A stretch of 64,000 nt of DNA, from positions 11,100,088 to 11,164,087 of the forward strand of contig NC_134031.1 in the NCBI RefSeq assembly GCF_964204645.1, read 5' to 3'. Made by a program: the position numbers and the translations under genes. Of the stretch, positions 36,593 through 51,159 are shown piece by piece; the first letter of the stretch is position 1, and every line of letters begins with the position of its first letter. The DNA comes from Tubulanus polymorphus (taxonomy: Eukaryota; Animalia; Nemertea). Under the pieces are notes generated by a model. That model made no database searches. It had not been told where the DNA came from and saw only the letters and a program-made list of their open reading frames with translations.

Positions 36593-37897
36593 ATGCAAGA
36601 TGACCATCCAATTCAAATGTAAATTAAGAAAGAAAACAACAAAACTAGTTGCGTTGATCAACATAAATAAATCAATAGTTTATTACAATACTTCAATTTC
36701 AAAATAAGGATAGGAAAAAAGTGAACAATAAGTGTGTTTGCCATGTGTCTTTAAATATTTCCCAAGAATATATCTTTTTCTGGCCACCACCTGCCTCGAC
36801 GGCAGACTTTTTCGAGATTTTCGCTAAAAATACGAAACAAGACAAAATTGATGGATGGGAATCATTCATGATACAATTCACTTTAACTGCGAACATTGGA
36901 ATGAGCTTAAGCAATTTGCTAGGAGGAAAAATTGAGTCAAATGATGTTTCAAAATCTGGACGGGAAAAGTTGTACTGAATTGTATGGCTAATGGCAAATA
37001 CATGTTTATATTGATAAGGTAAATATCTGTATAAAAGGTTGTATAGCAACTTGAATTGAAGGATTAATGCAATAGGTCTCTTATTCTAAAAGACGAGTGG
37101 GCCATACTTACTAGATTGGTCATGTGAATCAACATCATAGAACTATCATCCATTTTTAGTTTTCAATCAAAGACCAACCTATGAAATAAAGTACATATTT
37201 TTCTGATAACAACCTGGAATAAATTAAAATAAATCTGAGGAATTCACCAAATTTCTGTATCGAACCACTAATATATAACCTATAGATTGATACTTACATA
37301 CGACAAATTGACGAAGAAACTTCATTTGACAGTATACAAACTCGCGGACAAACTCCCAAAATGAATCATGTCCTATTCACCTAGAATCAAACAAAATACA
37401 ACTACAAAATTCACAATACAGATTTCGGTTTCGAATCCTTCAAATAGCTGTTTACTTACATGAAACAAATTATCAAACTACTTCCGCCGACGGCATACCA
37501 ACTCGCTGACAAACCCCCAAAATGAAACGTGTCATGATAAACATCTGGAATTAAACGTCATAAAGCTACAAAATTTACAAAATGTCGGTTTCGAATCCCT
37601 CAAATAGCCTTACACTTACAAATGATGGATTACCAAACAACTATGAACTCCACCAACGCCACATTTCTTTGATAATCTACAGTGAAAACCTGGAATTAAA
37701 TGAAATAAATCTTAAAATTCCGATTTGAACCCAACGTAGGCCCTCTCTTGACTTGTAGGCCTAAGATCTTGAAATAGGATAAATAATGTTATGATGAAAG
37801 AGGCATAATGGTTCGGAAAAAATTGAATTCAATATGGCTCTTGGCCCGGCAAAGTTTGCTTTTGAAATATCCTTTTGATAAGGCCTAGTTACACATT

Positions 37898-38288
37898 AGT
37901 AATAGGGGTTTAGTTGTTCTAAGCCAAAGGTCGAACGGTCGAGTTCATTAAAAACAAAATATTAAAAGTAATTTAAAACTATAATATATTTTCATAGCCG
38001 TGTGTATTTTATATTATAACTAAATATTTATTCTAAGATATTAATAATTTAAATTTTAAAAGCATATTGTAAATATATCAATTGGTCGGTCCGCTTCGCT
38101 AAAGCTCCGCTCCGCGACCAATTGATTTATTACAATACACAAATTCATATAATCAAATATATTCTATTATTTAACTAAAATACACACGGCTATGAAAATA
38201 TATTATAGTTTTAAATTACTTTTAATATTTGTTTTTAATGAACTCAACCATTCAACCTTTCATCTAGAACAACTAAACCCCTATTACT
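37898..38288. repeat. family A terminal fold-back palindrome (391 bp)
   Basis: AGTAATAGGGG...CCCCTATTACT arms; inner CAATTGGTCG/CGACCAATTG stem with GC-rich loop. Confidence 0.9.
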
Positions 38289-38674
38289 CTTAAAATATTT
38301 TTATACATGAATAAAATATATATGAATATCATATAAATTAATAGATTATTCAATATAAAAGTGTTATTAAAAAAGTAACGAGTAATTAACGAGCTCTTAT
38401 AGAATAGATATATAGATATATTTTAAACATATTTCAATATTTATATTAGTATGAGTTAGATTTTTAAACATTAAAAGTGTTAGTAAAGTGTGATTGAAAT
38501 AATTCATATATATACATGATATAATACATTATACTAGAACATGATTCTATTTGGGCCTATATACATTTCATGTAAAGAGCTATGGAATAAATCTATAAAT
38601 TCACAGCTGTCACAGCTGTTACTATGACGCCTAGACATATGAGGCATCGTATGCTGCAGATATATACATTAGAT

Positions 38675-38830
38675 CATTCTAGAAGGTGTACCGGAACTGA
38701 ATAGATGACGCGTCATAATCGAAAACGTGTAGAACATTCTAGAAGGTGTACCGGAACTGTGAATAGATGACGTGTCATAATCGCCGACGTGTTCATTCTA
38801 GAAATCGCACCGGAACTGAAAAGATGATAC
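38675..38830 (+). promoter_or_regulatory. three ~58-bp tandem repeats with ETS (ACCGGAA) and CRE-like (TGACGCGTCA) motifs
   Basis: CATTCTAGAAGGTGTACCGGAACTG..AGATGACG repeated, directly upstream of the putative spliced gene. Confidence 0.55.
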
Positions 38831-39020
38831 AACATAACGCTTAGGATATTCTATCTCTCGAAACGCAATTAGGAGTTTATAGTTTACAATTCTAAATCTA
38901 AATGTAAGTACTGTTTTTTGTAGTTATTAGGGCTATTAAATATGAAACCTTTAGATATATTTAAATGTATTTAGTATATCTTTTAGATAATTAGAGTTAC
39001 CGCTAATATCTTTTAGATTA

Positions 39021-39164
39021 ATGAAACGTCATACGCATCAAGAAGCGATAGAGAAATTCAAGATACTCTTTCTGACTAAGGAATCAACAGCAATGGATAT
39101 CGAACCAATAGAAATTGTCGTAGAAGCACAAGAATCACAAAAGATCGAAGAAGAAACTATATAA
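39021..39164 (+). CDS. putative 47-aa acidic peptide after a 5' UTR intron (38904-39016)
   Basis: GTAAGT donor, CTAAT branch point, TTTTAG acceptor. Confidence 0.4.
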   Translation: MKRHTHQEAIEKFKILFLTKESTAMDIEPIEIVVEAQESQKIEEETI

Positions 39165-39204
39165 GAATTTCAAAAACATTAAGACTCCATTCTTTTATAC
39201 CTTT

Positions 39205-42200
39205 AGGAAATCATAATGGATACTTAATTGATTTAAATAATTTTCCTGTAATTTATGAATTAGTTATAAGATGTAATTTTTTCACTATATAAATAAATTT
39301 AAAAGTAGGACCGAGTACATGTTTTGGATTTGATTTTAAACGTGAGAGAGAAATTTATAGAACGCAGTAACAAATAAAGAAAAATTACATCTACATAAAC
39401 CTACAATATCAGATTATTATACAACAAGTAGTGAACAACAAAAATATGAAATAATTTGGATTTTCGGTGGTACAGTTATTGTATTATTTGTTGCTTATAA
39501 ATTTGCTAATTAGTAATTTCTTTTCTAAAGCAATGGATGACAAAGTTGATAATATTGATATTATTCCTCATGATACAAATAAAACTAAATTAAAAATATA
39601 TTTGGAAAAAAAAATATTAGAATATTAGAAAGTGACTTAAAGATAAAAAAGAAAAAATATTAAAAATCTAAAATTATATATTATTTTATTATTAGTGGTT
39701 CAGTTACAATAAGTTCTGTAATAACATTTTTAGCTATATTCAGTCCATTAACTCCTTTAGCTATTTCAATTGGCGTATTAGGATTAAGTTCAAGTGTATT
39801 AACCGGCATAAGTTCAAAATTAAATATAAAAAGTAATACAGAAAAAAGTAAATCTAATATAAATGAAATTAATATATTAGAAAATACATTAGATTATATA
39901 ATAAGTTTAAATGGTAATATAACTGTTGAAGAACAAGATAAATTATTGAAGGAATTAATAAATTATTAATTTTTTTATTATATAAGTGGCAATTAGTTTT
40001 CCAAAAGCTTTTCAATATAATAAATCAATTAAATATAATATTCCAGCAATAGATTTTAATAAAGATATTTCATATAGAAATGAAGCTTTAAATCAATTAA
40101 TTTAGATATTTATGTTACTGAAACTAATAATTTTAATGCAAAGATGGAAAATATATTTCATGTATATTTGATTAATTTTTAAAAATTGAAAGATGAAAAA
40201 CAATGATTATTAAAATCTAATATGAAGTATTGGCAGAACCAATTAAATTTTGCAGTTTATTGTGCAACAACAGGTTGTGGAATTAGTTTGAATGATCATT
40301 TAAATAATTCAAAATATAAATTAATTCAAAGTTTATTTAGATTTCATACTTATTTTCAAATAAGATAAATATTAAATGAATTAGAGACCCCTTTACCAGG
40401 ATCTAGGTATTTTAAAGAATTAGATAATAATATTAATTTATCTAAGTTTTATTGATTTTGTAATGAATTTAATATAAATATAAATAATTCTGATTTTAGA
40501 ACATTAGAACAATAAGATCACTTCCTTGCCCTAAAAAGATTGCAGAATATTGTGCATTTCCCATACCAGCTAATAGTTTTTATAATATCTATAATAATAA
40601 ATTAGGTTATGGTAAAATAGAAAATATAGATTTAAAAACATTAAATTTCAATAAATTACCTAAATTCTATGATAATTTAAAACAAGAAAACAATAATGGT
40701 TGGGTTTGTTTTATTTTAGATAATAGTGAATGTTTTACTAAATCAGGTATACAAAGAATAAATCAATCAATTAGAACTTATTTGATATGTATTCTAGGAT
40801 CACAAGTTGAAACAAGATCCCCGATAATTGGAAATTTAAATAAATCATTTGATAAACAAAAACAATTTAAAGTATTATTTGAAGATTCAATTCATAATGA
40901 TAAAATAGATCGATTCCAGAAAACATAGTTAGGTACCAAAATTATCTAGATAAATCACATGTAAGATTAAATTATTGTATAGGACCTAATTTATTAATTA
41001 TTTCTGATTATTTAATATTAAAATGGGGAATATAATTGTTTATAATAAATTGATTAAGACTGCAACAATAAATATTTATTTGGATTAAATAATATAAATA
41101 AAAAGATTATTACTGCACCAAAACTAATGGAAGGTGAAAAAATTAAAAAACATATTCAATCAACTGAAACTAAAACTAAAAATATTAAATTGGATAATGA
41201 TTCTAAAATAGAAGATTACAATACTACAGAAAACACAAAAACTGATAATATTCAATATGTAATTAAAAGTAATAATGATAATAAATCCCATTAAAATAGT
41301 TAATTAGCTAAAACTTGTATAGGAATTGTAATAGCAGGAATATTATATTTTAAATTTTAATTTTTATAAGATATAAATGGATGTAGAAGGTGGAGAAGCG
41401 TATGAAATGGGTAATAATAATGAAGGATTTATACCTGATGAACCCCAACCTGATTTTAATGAAACTAATATTGATAATGATGATGGATCAGCATATAATT
41501 CTAATTTAGCAGATAGTGGTTCTAAAGCCCCTTCAACAGACGAGTTTGATAAAAAAAACTAGATCGAGAATAAATGCTGAAAATGAAAATCCAGATTTAA
41601 TAAAACAAAATTTAGAAAATTTTATAGATATAATGAATATATTTATAATTTCAAACCTATATTTGAAAGATCTGAATATAATATAAATTATAGAGGTGCT
41701 AGATATTTACTTAGAGAATTAAGATTTTTAGATGGTAAATATTATTATCATTTGAAAGATGATTATTATATTAATATCACTTATAAAAATCAAGATGCAA
41801 TATTAGCAGAATCAACTTTGAGTAATTTAGAACCATCTAGAATTAAAAGAATAAGTAATAGTAATGAAATAGAAAATGTTACACAAGAAGAAATAAATCA
41901 AACTAAAAGAGTATTTAAACAAAGAATTAATGAATTATTTGAAACAATCAATAATAATTTAGAAACAGAAACAACTTCTGAACAGAATATAACTTCCAAA
42001 ACTAGTAAACTTAAATCAAATAAAGTTCCAATTGAAAAACTTTTACTGAATGGGTTACTTGATGCAACAGATCAAGAATTAGAAGATTTAAATATGTTTT
42101 CTGATAAAGCAATTTTAGAAATTATTAGTATAAGACTTGCATCTGATAAAATTGCACATGATAAAAGTATAAGAGATTTTAAAATTAGAACTTTAGAAAA

Positions 42201-42839
42201 AGATAGAACTGATAAAATTAAAGAAATAGAACAATTAAAATTAGATAGAGATGATAAAGTTATTGAAGAAATTGAATTTAAAAAAAGAAATGCATATTTA
42301 GAAAAAGGAAAAGATGATTTAAAATATAACATAGTATTTCAAAAAGAAGAAATTAAATTATTATTAAAATCATATGATTACAATATTAATAGATTAAAAG
42401 TTATTTTTAAAGATTTGTTGATAAAACCAAATTCTGAAATATCATTAAAAGATGGATAAAATTATTATTCAAATTAGAAGGTATAACAATTCTTTCAATT
42501 CTAACAGCTGTAACTATGTTATTTACAACAATTGGTTTAGCTATTTCAAATTCATTAAAATCTGCGCCTACACCCAATAAACCGGGTAAACCTCCAAGTC
42601 ATGATAATTCTATACAAGATAAAGTTAAATATGGTTTAAAAAAATTAGCAAAATATCTATGGGAACTATCTAAAAAATCTGCTGCAGCTTTACCCGGAGT
42701 TATTGCATCAATTGTTTGTTATGTTTTAAATTCTGCTGGAAATATTATTAACTTTGCTGCTGTACATATAATCTTATTTTTAATTACAGTTGTAAGTGCA
42801 ATTATTTTTGGATTAGTGAATATGATAAAAAATAAATAA
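39205..42839 (+). pseudogene. degraded block: penton 3' end, membrane-protein genes, QLNFAVYC gene, coiled-coil gene
   Basis: colinear with 2200-6701; many stops and deletions. Confidence 0.8.
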
Positions 42840-42859
42840 TAAATTTTTCTCTTAAATAA

Positions 42860-44073
42860 ATGAGTGGGAGTTACATAAATCCTTCTAAGAATTCTAGAAT
42901 ATCTAGTGCAATTAAGGCAGAAAGATCTCACCATATAATTACTCATAATCCTTCTAATATTAATCCTGATGAAACTTTATATGTTAGAATCAAAATCAAA
43001 ATACGTTTTATGTTCCGAATAGCATTTATTTATCAGCTGATATAATGGTAACTGGTCATGATAATAATTATGTTGTAGATAATGTTGGGGGATATTTGAT
43101 TAAAAAATTAACTATAAAGATTGGACCAGAAACAGTTTTCTCATTAGATGATTATAATTTATTTATGCCTTATAAAGATTAATGGTTAACAAAAGAAAAT
43201 AGAAATGATATGATATTTCAAGGCATCCAATCAGAAAACCATAATAGATTAAGATCTGAAGCACATAATGCAGTAGTAACTAATGCTAAAGATAATTCAA
43301 TAAAAAATTTTTATTGAAGCAAACAAAATTCCATTAGAGTTTGAATAAATAATAAATAATAATGCACCTTTATATAAATATGCAATTAAAAAAGATATTA
43401 TATTTGAGATAACATTTGCTCCTGTTAATGAAATTGTATTGTTAAAGATATGGGATATAAATTATCGAATATATGTTTAGAATATGACACAGTAACTGAT
43501 GAAAATATTGCTAACACAATTCAAACTCAATATGATCAAAGATTTTCATTATTATATGATTATATTGATAAATTTAAAACTGTAACTATTAGTGCAAATG
43601 ATGAAATAATCAATGAGAATATTAACTTCCCAAGAAGATCTATTAAAGGTATATTAATATTTTTTAACATTGCAACATATTCTAATGGGGAAATACAGGT
43701 TGATAATTATTATAATCCTGAAATATCAAAGGTAGAAATAACAATTGAAGGTATAGCAAATAAAATATTTTGTCAGGGAATGAGAATGATAGATCAATGG
43801 CTAGAAATTAGAAAACATTTTATGAATGAAAAAGTAAAATCATTTGAAAATTGTAATTATACCGGTAATAAATACACATTATGGTTAGATTTTAGAACAA
43901 CAGAGGATAATTCATTACGTGGTTCTGGAAAGAAAATACTAAATAAAAAAGATGGAATACAATTATTCATGAAAAAGGAAAAAGGAAGTTTAAATTTCAT
44001 TATGCACATTTATATTATATCTGACGCGCAATTAAATATTGTAAATTCTCAATTGAATAGTGTTATGTATTAA
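42860..44073 (+). pseudogene. major capsid protein, disrupted
   Basis: homolog 17923-19170. Confidence 0.85.
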
Positions 44074-44102
44074 AATTTTAATTTTAATGAAACATTCTAT
44101 AA

Positions 44103-44570
44103 ATGGAAGGAGGGATATATGAAATACAAACTCCAAGTGAAATGATATCAGATATATATTATATAATACCTTATGATGAATATAGTAAGTATTTTGGAGA
44201 ATACTTTAATCAATTCAAATATTCAATAAGTAAAATAGATAATAATAAAAGTGGTGTTGTTGATATTTTAAGTAATGAAATTGATAATAATGTTATTCCT
44301 TCTACATCTGATAATGTTTTACCTTCTACATCTGATAATGTTTTACCTTCTACATATAATAATGAAATAATATTAGATTATAGTGAAAATAGAAATTATT
44401 GTGGTTATTGTAAAGGTGAATTTTCAAATAGTCCATCAAATTGGAATAACCATATGAATACAGCTGTACATATAACTAATGTTATAAAACGCGTTGGTTT
44501 AAGAGAATTTATAGAACACCCATTGAGATATGTAACAAAGTTTGTTTCAAATAAAAAAGTAAATGGTTAG
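44103..44570 (+). CDS. post-MCP variable protein with PSTSDNVL repeats and a C2H2-like finger
   Basis: MEGGIYEIQ N-terminus; YCGYC..H..H. Confidence 0.65.
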   Translation: MEGGIYEIQTPSEMISDIYYIIPYDEYSKYFGEYFNQFKYSISKIDNNKSGVVDILSNEIDNNVIPSTSDNVLPSTSDNVLPSTYNNEIILDYSENRNYCGYCKGEFSNSPSNWNNHMNTAVHITNVIKRVGLREFIEHPLRYVTKFVSNKKVNG

Positions 44571-44984
44571 GATTTGTATAAAGAGTTATAAGGCGAATTT
44601 TTATCAAAGGAACTTGAACTCAGTAAAGATGAATTAGATTTAACTGATGCTAATAAAATATTAGGATCAAACATTGTAAATAGAATATTAAGGTGAAACA
44701 TTAAGAAAGAGGATATAGTTACTGGAAAGCATATTGATAATGAAGATTATATAGATACAGATTGGACGAAACGGAAAGTAGTAACTATTGATGATGCGGT
44801 AGATAGGATGAAAAAGGATTATCATGAAGAAACTTATGATGACCCGCTTGATAGGTTGAATAAAATGTTAGAGTCTGATGATGATTCGGAGGATGGTGAT
44901 GAAAATGATGTTAATTATTACAAACTCACATAATATATTAGTTGAAAATGGCATAAAATAATAGTTAATAAAAAAGGGGTTTTA

Positions 44985-45230
44985 AGTATTAAGGTATCTA
45001 ATACGTATCTAATACGTATTTAATTATTTATGTATATAATATGTTTTAATTTATATAACCTTTATTATTTTCAAACTTAGTTGAAAAAATAAAAATATAT
45101 TAGTTGAAAAATTAAAATAAATAACATATATTTTAAAAAAGGGGGTTTTAAGTATTAATGTATCTAATACGTACCTAATACGTATCTAATACGTACCTTA
45201 TACGCATCTAATACGTATCTAATACATAAA
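44985..45230. repeat. 11-bp GTATCTAATAC repeats between convergent gene blocks
   Basis: visible tandem units; related reverse-complement unit near 14055-14090. Confidence 0.7.
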
Positions 45231-45243
45231 TGCTTAAAATACC

Positions 45244-45641
45244 TTATTTTATAAATTTATATTCATAAGGAAATTGTAGTCTCAGTAATAATTTTGAACC
45301 ATTATTACTTTTTAATTTATTCATAGATTCATCATGTAATTCAGTAGGTATAATTTGATTTTCTTCCAATGATTGTTGCATAGATTTCCTATCTTTATTG
45401 TAGAATAAAACTGAAAAACTAATGTTTTCTCTAAAATCTTGAACGATTGAATTATATTTTTGATTTAAAACCCATTATACGTTTTATTCATTTCATAAGT
45501 AGGACAGAATAATATTATATTATCAAAATGATTCTTATAAATAGTTTCTAACAAATCTAATATGAAATGCATTTTACCACAGTTGGTTACTCCAGTAACT
45601 AACATATTATGCGGTTCAAATGTAAATAAATCTTTATTCAT
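45244..45641 (-). pseudogene. packaging ATPase with internal deletion
   Basis: GVTNCGK Walker A. Confidence 0.85.
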
Positions 45642-46661
45642 TTATTCCTTTAATTTTACTAGATAAAATCCATTCATTAAATTTATCATCATACATATCA
45701 TCATTTTGTATTCTATATCATCTATATTTGGTACAAGCGATAATTCTTGTTCATAGAAACCTAATATATCTTCATCTTTTAAAGCTACTAATTTATAAAC
45801 GAATGGTTTGGTTAATATTATTTTTTTAATTTTAAATATTTCTTCAGTAAAATTTGGAGTATAACCTTTATAAAATATTTTTCGATATTTAGATATTGTA
45901 ACATGTTGTCCTATTTTAAATTTAGGTTCTCCAAAATCATGTGTTACAAATGCTCCATATAAATTATTCGAAACTATTTCTGAATTATCTTCTTTTCTAG
46001 CTTGTATAGGTTTCATACCAATACTTGAATGTTTAGGATTATTATAACCTTTCACTAAATCATCTAATACATCGATATATTTATATGTTTCATTAGCAGT
46101 AAAATATTCCCACATTCTAGTTTTCAATGTTTTATTAAATCTTTCTATAATAGATGCTTTTTTGTCTGAATGTATTGAAAAATACTCTACATCGTTATCA
46201 GATAATAGTTTTTTTAAAATGTTTATTATGAAATTCCTTACATTCATCAAATTGTATCTTACCTGGAATAGCTTCTTAAATATTTATTTGAATGCATTAG
46301 TAACTTCTATACCAGTTTTATTTTTGATTGGTATACTCCATGCGTATCGACTGAATATATCTATAACATTCAGTATCCAGAAATATCCTTTATTGTATTC
46401 CTCTAAGTTCTTCATGTCAATTAAATCTGCTTGCCAATGTTGATCAATATATGAAATCATAACTTTTCTCGTTAAATAATTTTTATCCATTTTCTTATGG
46501 ATTTGATATGTTGGTTGATTTTGTAACCATAATCTTAGTTCACTATATTTTATATTTTCTTTATCAGATTTAATTTTATCCCATAAATCTGTAACGCTAG
46601 AATATGATACTTCACTCTCTGGGTTATAATATAAATCTCTTAAATATCGTTCTTTTTTCAT
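45642..46661 (-). pseudogene. rve integrase, disrupted
   Basis: WQADLIDM, IERFNKTLK. Confidence 0.9.
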
Positions 46662-46667
46662 CTTATA

Positions 46668-47030
46668 TTAATCCATTAATAATAATCTTGGTTTATTTTC
46701 AATGACTTTATCATTTGATTTATTTTCTGGTATAATAGGTTTATCATCATCATTATCATTATTGTTATTAAATTTAGATTTATATATTACGCCAGACAAT
46801 ACAATTACTGTGATTAACCCAATTGTAATATATAAGTAATTATCTCTTCCAGTATTAGAAGAATTAGATAAATTATTATTCGAATTAATATCAGATAATT
46901 TCTGTGATTCATTTATATCACTTAATTTCTTTTTCTTAGGTCTTTTTAATTCTGAAGATCTTTTACCTAATTCCTTTGCCCATTTAATTTGTTTCTCAGA
47001 TCTAGGCTTCTTCTTGATATCATCACTCAT
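46668..47030 (-). CDS. single-TM basic protein (120 aa)
   Basis: intact ORF; TAAATG start. Confidence 0.75.
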   Translation of the reverse strand: MSDDIKKKPRSEKQIKWAKELGKRSSELKRPKKKKLSDINESQKLSDINSNNNLSNSSNTGRDNYLYITIGLITVIVLSGVIYKSKFNNNNDNDDDKPIIPENKSNDKVIENKPRLLLMD

Positions 47031-47039
47031 TTATTTTAC

Positions 47040-47582
47040 TTAATTTTTGTTCTGATTCAATATCTTCTGATTTACTTTTATATTTACATGCTATAGGTTT
47101 GATATTAGAAAATGTTATAACTCCAGTAGAAATTACTGTCGTTGTTCCTCCTAATTGAAATAAAGCGTATCCAACCCATTTTTGTAATTCTGTCATAACT
47201 AAGTAGTCATTTTTTAAATCAGTATATAATTAATTTTCATCATCAATTGGTATTACTGGGTTACATAATTAAGAATAACATTTTACTATTCCATCTGAAA
47301 TAGAATCATATATTCGGGCTAATCTAGCTTCTTCATATATTTTGAAATGTTTGATTACTTTTTCTGGTTTCATGTTATCTAATTCTTGATATGTTATAAT
47401 TTTTCCGATAAATTCCTTAGATTTGCCGCCGGCAATTAGTATTCTAGATGGTGCTTACATATTAAATAGTATTCATAATCAATATAATTATCATTTTGAA
47501 TACAATTAGAAACAACTGTATCATTATTGCCAGAGATACCTAAATCTTCAATTGTCTTTTCAATATCAGATTTCTTTGACAT
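47040..47582 (-). pseudogene. YYLxCKH hypothetical protein, frameshifted
   Basis: homolog 15240-15845. Confidence 0.75.
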
Positions 47583-48760
47583 TTATTTTGGCAAAAAAAG
47601 CGAAAAAAAATATATTTATTGTATATTTATATATATATTTATTATAAAATGATACTAGAATAATACTTTATGTGATACTAGTGTAATACTAGCTATTTGA
47701 TGTTATTGTTTTTTTATTTGAATCTATTCAAAATCTATTCAATCTAGTGTTAACTAGAATTGCAAAAGAAAATATTAAAAATACAATAGAATTCACTATC
47801 TATTTGAAGATATGTTATTCTTAATATATTTTATTTAGATTAGGATTCAATATCTCTATTGTCTATCTAAAGGAGCGGTAACTATAACTGTCCCGATAAG
47901 TCATTTCGGATCCTCGATAATAAATCCTCAAACTGAAAATCAATTCAACGAAACGCCTGGTGGAATTACTATTTCATAAACACATATATTTTATTGTACA
48001 GTCAGTATCGATTTCCACATTCCAAGCCGCTCGGCTCCCGAGCGGTTAGGTATGCGTGGAATGCAGTAATTAATAAAGTATAATACAACATCTGTCACTG
48101 CGACATTAACAACAGCTGAACATAGAATAATAGAAAATGCAATTAGGGTAAATATAATACATTAAAAAATCATTTATTTTGGCAAAAAAGCGAAAAAAAA
48201 TATATTTATTATATATTTATATATATATTTATTATAAAATGATACTAGAATAATACTTTATGTGATACTAGCGTAATACTTGCTATTTGAAGTTATTGTT
48301 TTTTTATTTGAATCTATTCAAAATCTATTCAATCTAGTGTTAACTAGAATTGCAAAAGAAAATATTAAAAATATAATAAAATTCACTATCTATTTGAAGA
48401 TATGTTATTCTTAATATATTTTATTTAAATTAGGATTCAATATCTCTATTGTCTATCTAAAGGAGCGGTAACTATAACTGTCCAGATAAGTCATTTCGGA
48501 TCCTCGATAATAAATCCTCAAACTGAAAATCAATTCAACGAAACGCCTGGTGGAATTACTATTTCATAAACACATATATTTTATTCTACAGTCAGTATCG
48601 ATTTCCACATTCCAAGCCGCTCGGCTCCCGAGCGGTTAGGTATGCGTGGAATGCAGGAATTAATAAAGTATAATACAACATCTGTCACTGCGACATTAAC
48701 AACAGCTGAACATAGAATAATAGAAAATGCAATTAGGGTAAATATAATACATTAAAAAAT
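47580..48760. repeat. near-perfect ~590-bp tandem duplication (47580-48170, 48171-48760)
   Basis: direct sequence identity. Confidence 0.95.
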
Positions 48761-49580
48761 CTATATAGACAACTGCTGTTACAAATCATCATTGGGATTT
48801 TCTAATTTCGACCAGAATTCTTTGATTTCGTGGTAATTTTCACACATTTTTTTCGATTTCTGTCAAATGATTAATAACGGTATCAAATGGCAAACCCAAT
48901 AATTGAAATTTTTTAAACGAATATAATTTTCCAATCCCTCTAAGTTTTCTTTCTTACCCGACACTAATATGTATATTTTCTTACCCGACACTAATATGTA
49001 TATTTTCTTCTATCTCTATTACGGTCTCTTGGGATGGTGTGTGGATATCTGGTTCGTTACTTTCCTGGTTCCGGTTCTGGTTCCTTACTTTCTTGCGTTT
49101 TACTTGAAGTAGATAGTGGGCTTCTTGAAATGTGTGACATTTTCTTTACCAAATATCTAGAATGTAGAATAAAACTAACTTGAAATTGTAGTTGTCAACT
49201 ATGAATTACAGCGCTAAACATGTTTAACGTTTCCCGGCGTCTCGATAACAACAAAAACAGTACTTACATTTAGATTTAGAACTGTAAACTCCTAATTGTG
49301 TTTCTGGATAGAAATCCTATGCGTTCTGTATATTCTGTCTGTTCGGTTCGGATGTCGCAATAGTAATGCGCCCAGGCACTGTCTGGCGCTTTTAGAAACG
49401 AGCAACAGATGTTCTTTTATGATGAAATTAATTAATTCTTTTCAACTGAAAGAGCAAGTTCGATCAATATTCAATTAAGGTACTACTCCCCATTCAACTG
49501 AATTTATAACATGCGACAGATGCTAGTATAATTGCATAGGCAGTTTGACATACATCGATAGTTACCGGTTTTCTAAACGT

Positions 49581-50287
49581 TTATAAAGATTCAACGTATT
49601 TTTCATTATGTGTTGAGTTCCATAATTCAACAAATGTCTTTGCTTTACACAGCTGATCTAAATATAATTTTAAATCTAGTTTGTTTAATAATCTCCGAAT
49701 ATTTTCAACTTTTTCTAAAGGTCTTAAGTTTTTCCAGTTCCAGATTGATTTCTGATTGTGTTCATCATTCATGTTGAATTTAGAAATCGGCAACACGTGA
49801 TCAATGTGGAAATATTCACCATAGTTTTTTTCATGCATTTTATCATCGAATTGATAAACAATCCATTATTTGAGAAATTCATCTGAACCCCCAATAAATT
49901 AGATAGTGTAACTGAATGCGCTTCTTTACTGAATTTTGTTAATCTAGAACTTAAACATTGTTTCATTTTAAAATTAAAATCTGATTGATATCTTTCTTTA
50001 TGATATTCATTAAAATGTTCACGATTATTATCCCTCCATTCTCTCATATATTCGTGGTGATTTTCTCTCCATTCCTTTTGATAATCTGGGTTATTTGCTC
50101 GGTATTGCTTATTCATTTCCTTAACACAAGTTCTACAATAACTTTGCTCACCATCTTTCTGGGTTTTATAATTATAATATTCCGAGAGTTGTTTATCTAA
50201 TTCACATTTAGAACATTTCTTGTTGTAAATATTTATAACCCCAGTATTATTTGTAATATTGATAGTTTGTGATTGTTCTGACTCCAT
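49581..50287 (-). pseudogene. HNH endonuclease, frameshifted
   Basis: homolog 10120-10788. Confidence 0.85.
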
Positions 50288-50314
50288 TTATTATACATAT
50301 TTTTTTACTGAAAT

Positions 50315-50510
50315 TTGATTAACATGTTATAATCCTATTCAAAATCTCATTCTCTTTTGTTTCTTCTCTTTTGAATTTTAGGTATTCTTCTAAATTGCAA
50401 CCATAAGCAACTGTTTGAATTACATCATCTAAAATATATCTTTTATTGTGGGTTTAGACTTATCTTCTCTATCTCTTCAATAAACATCTCGTGATCTTCA
50501 TATCTTAAGT
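50315..50510 (-). pseudogene. pPolB 3' end fragment
   Basis: reverse complement of ~920-1115 (RYILDD..TVAYGCNL). Confidence 0.8.
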
Positions 50511-51159
50511 ATAAAATGTAATACGAAACGAAAATTTTGTAATTTTTTGCGCTATAGCAGCGGATTCGTGGAGCTGGCTTAAACATGAGCACCCGGTCTA
50601 GTGTGGCAGGGTTCCGTGCCACGAGTTTAGCGATGCCATCAGGGAGAATGATCTGCGCATGCTCATATACAACTGGAAGGTAGCGATTAATAAATTACGG
50701 GTTAGAGAACGAAGTGTGCCATAAAATATATCCTGCAGTGTTTAGGCTAAAAAATTGATACCTCGTTTCTCCTCTGCTGAGGAGCTTAAAAGTTGACCCG
50801 ACCGGCCGCTAATCTACCCTGTACATTAATTTTTTCTAAGCTAAATGATCGATACTAGACAGATTCAGATATGTCGGCCCATGTTGACACATGTGGTCAG
50901 CAGTATCGCACTGTATCATTTATTTTCCATTATCAAAATGAAATTAAGTAAGACCTTTACCCTGTCTGGATTTTGCAAGGGATGCGGATTCGAAAAGAAA
51001 ATTCACGGCCGGAATTTTTTTCAAATTGCTCGTCACTACGCTGTTAAGCGGTAAAAAGATCGTCATGTAGTCCATGTGTAGGGCCTATCATTTCACTATA
51101 GTAGTTAGGGTATGTCACTATGGGGCCACAGTGGAGGGAGGAGGGAGGAGGGAGGAGGG

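Larger units (their letters stand above)
34382..36981 (+). mobile_element. second Helentron/DINE-like copy split by other insertions (34382-34998 and 36612-36981)
   Basis: reverse complement of 11294-12281. Confidence 0.6.
37898..50510 (+). mobile_element. rearranged, degraded family A material (inverted right end plus structural block, ATPase, integrase, HNH, pPolB 3' stub)
   Basis: colinear with 2200-10800 from 39205 onward. Confidence 0.85.
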
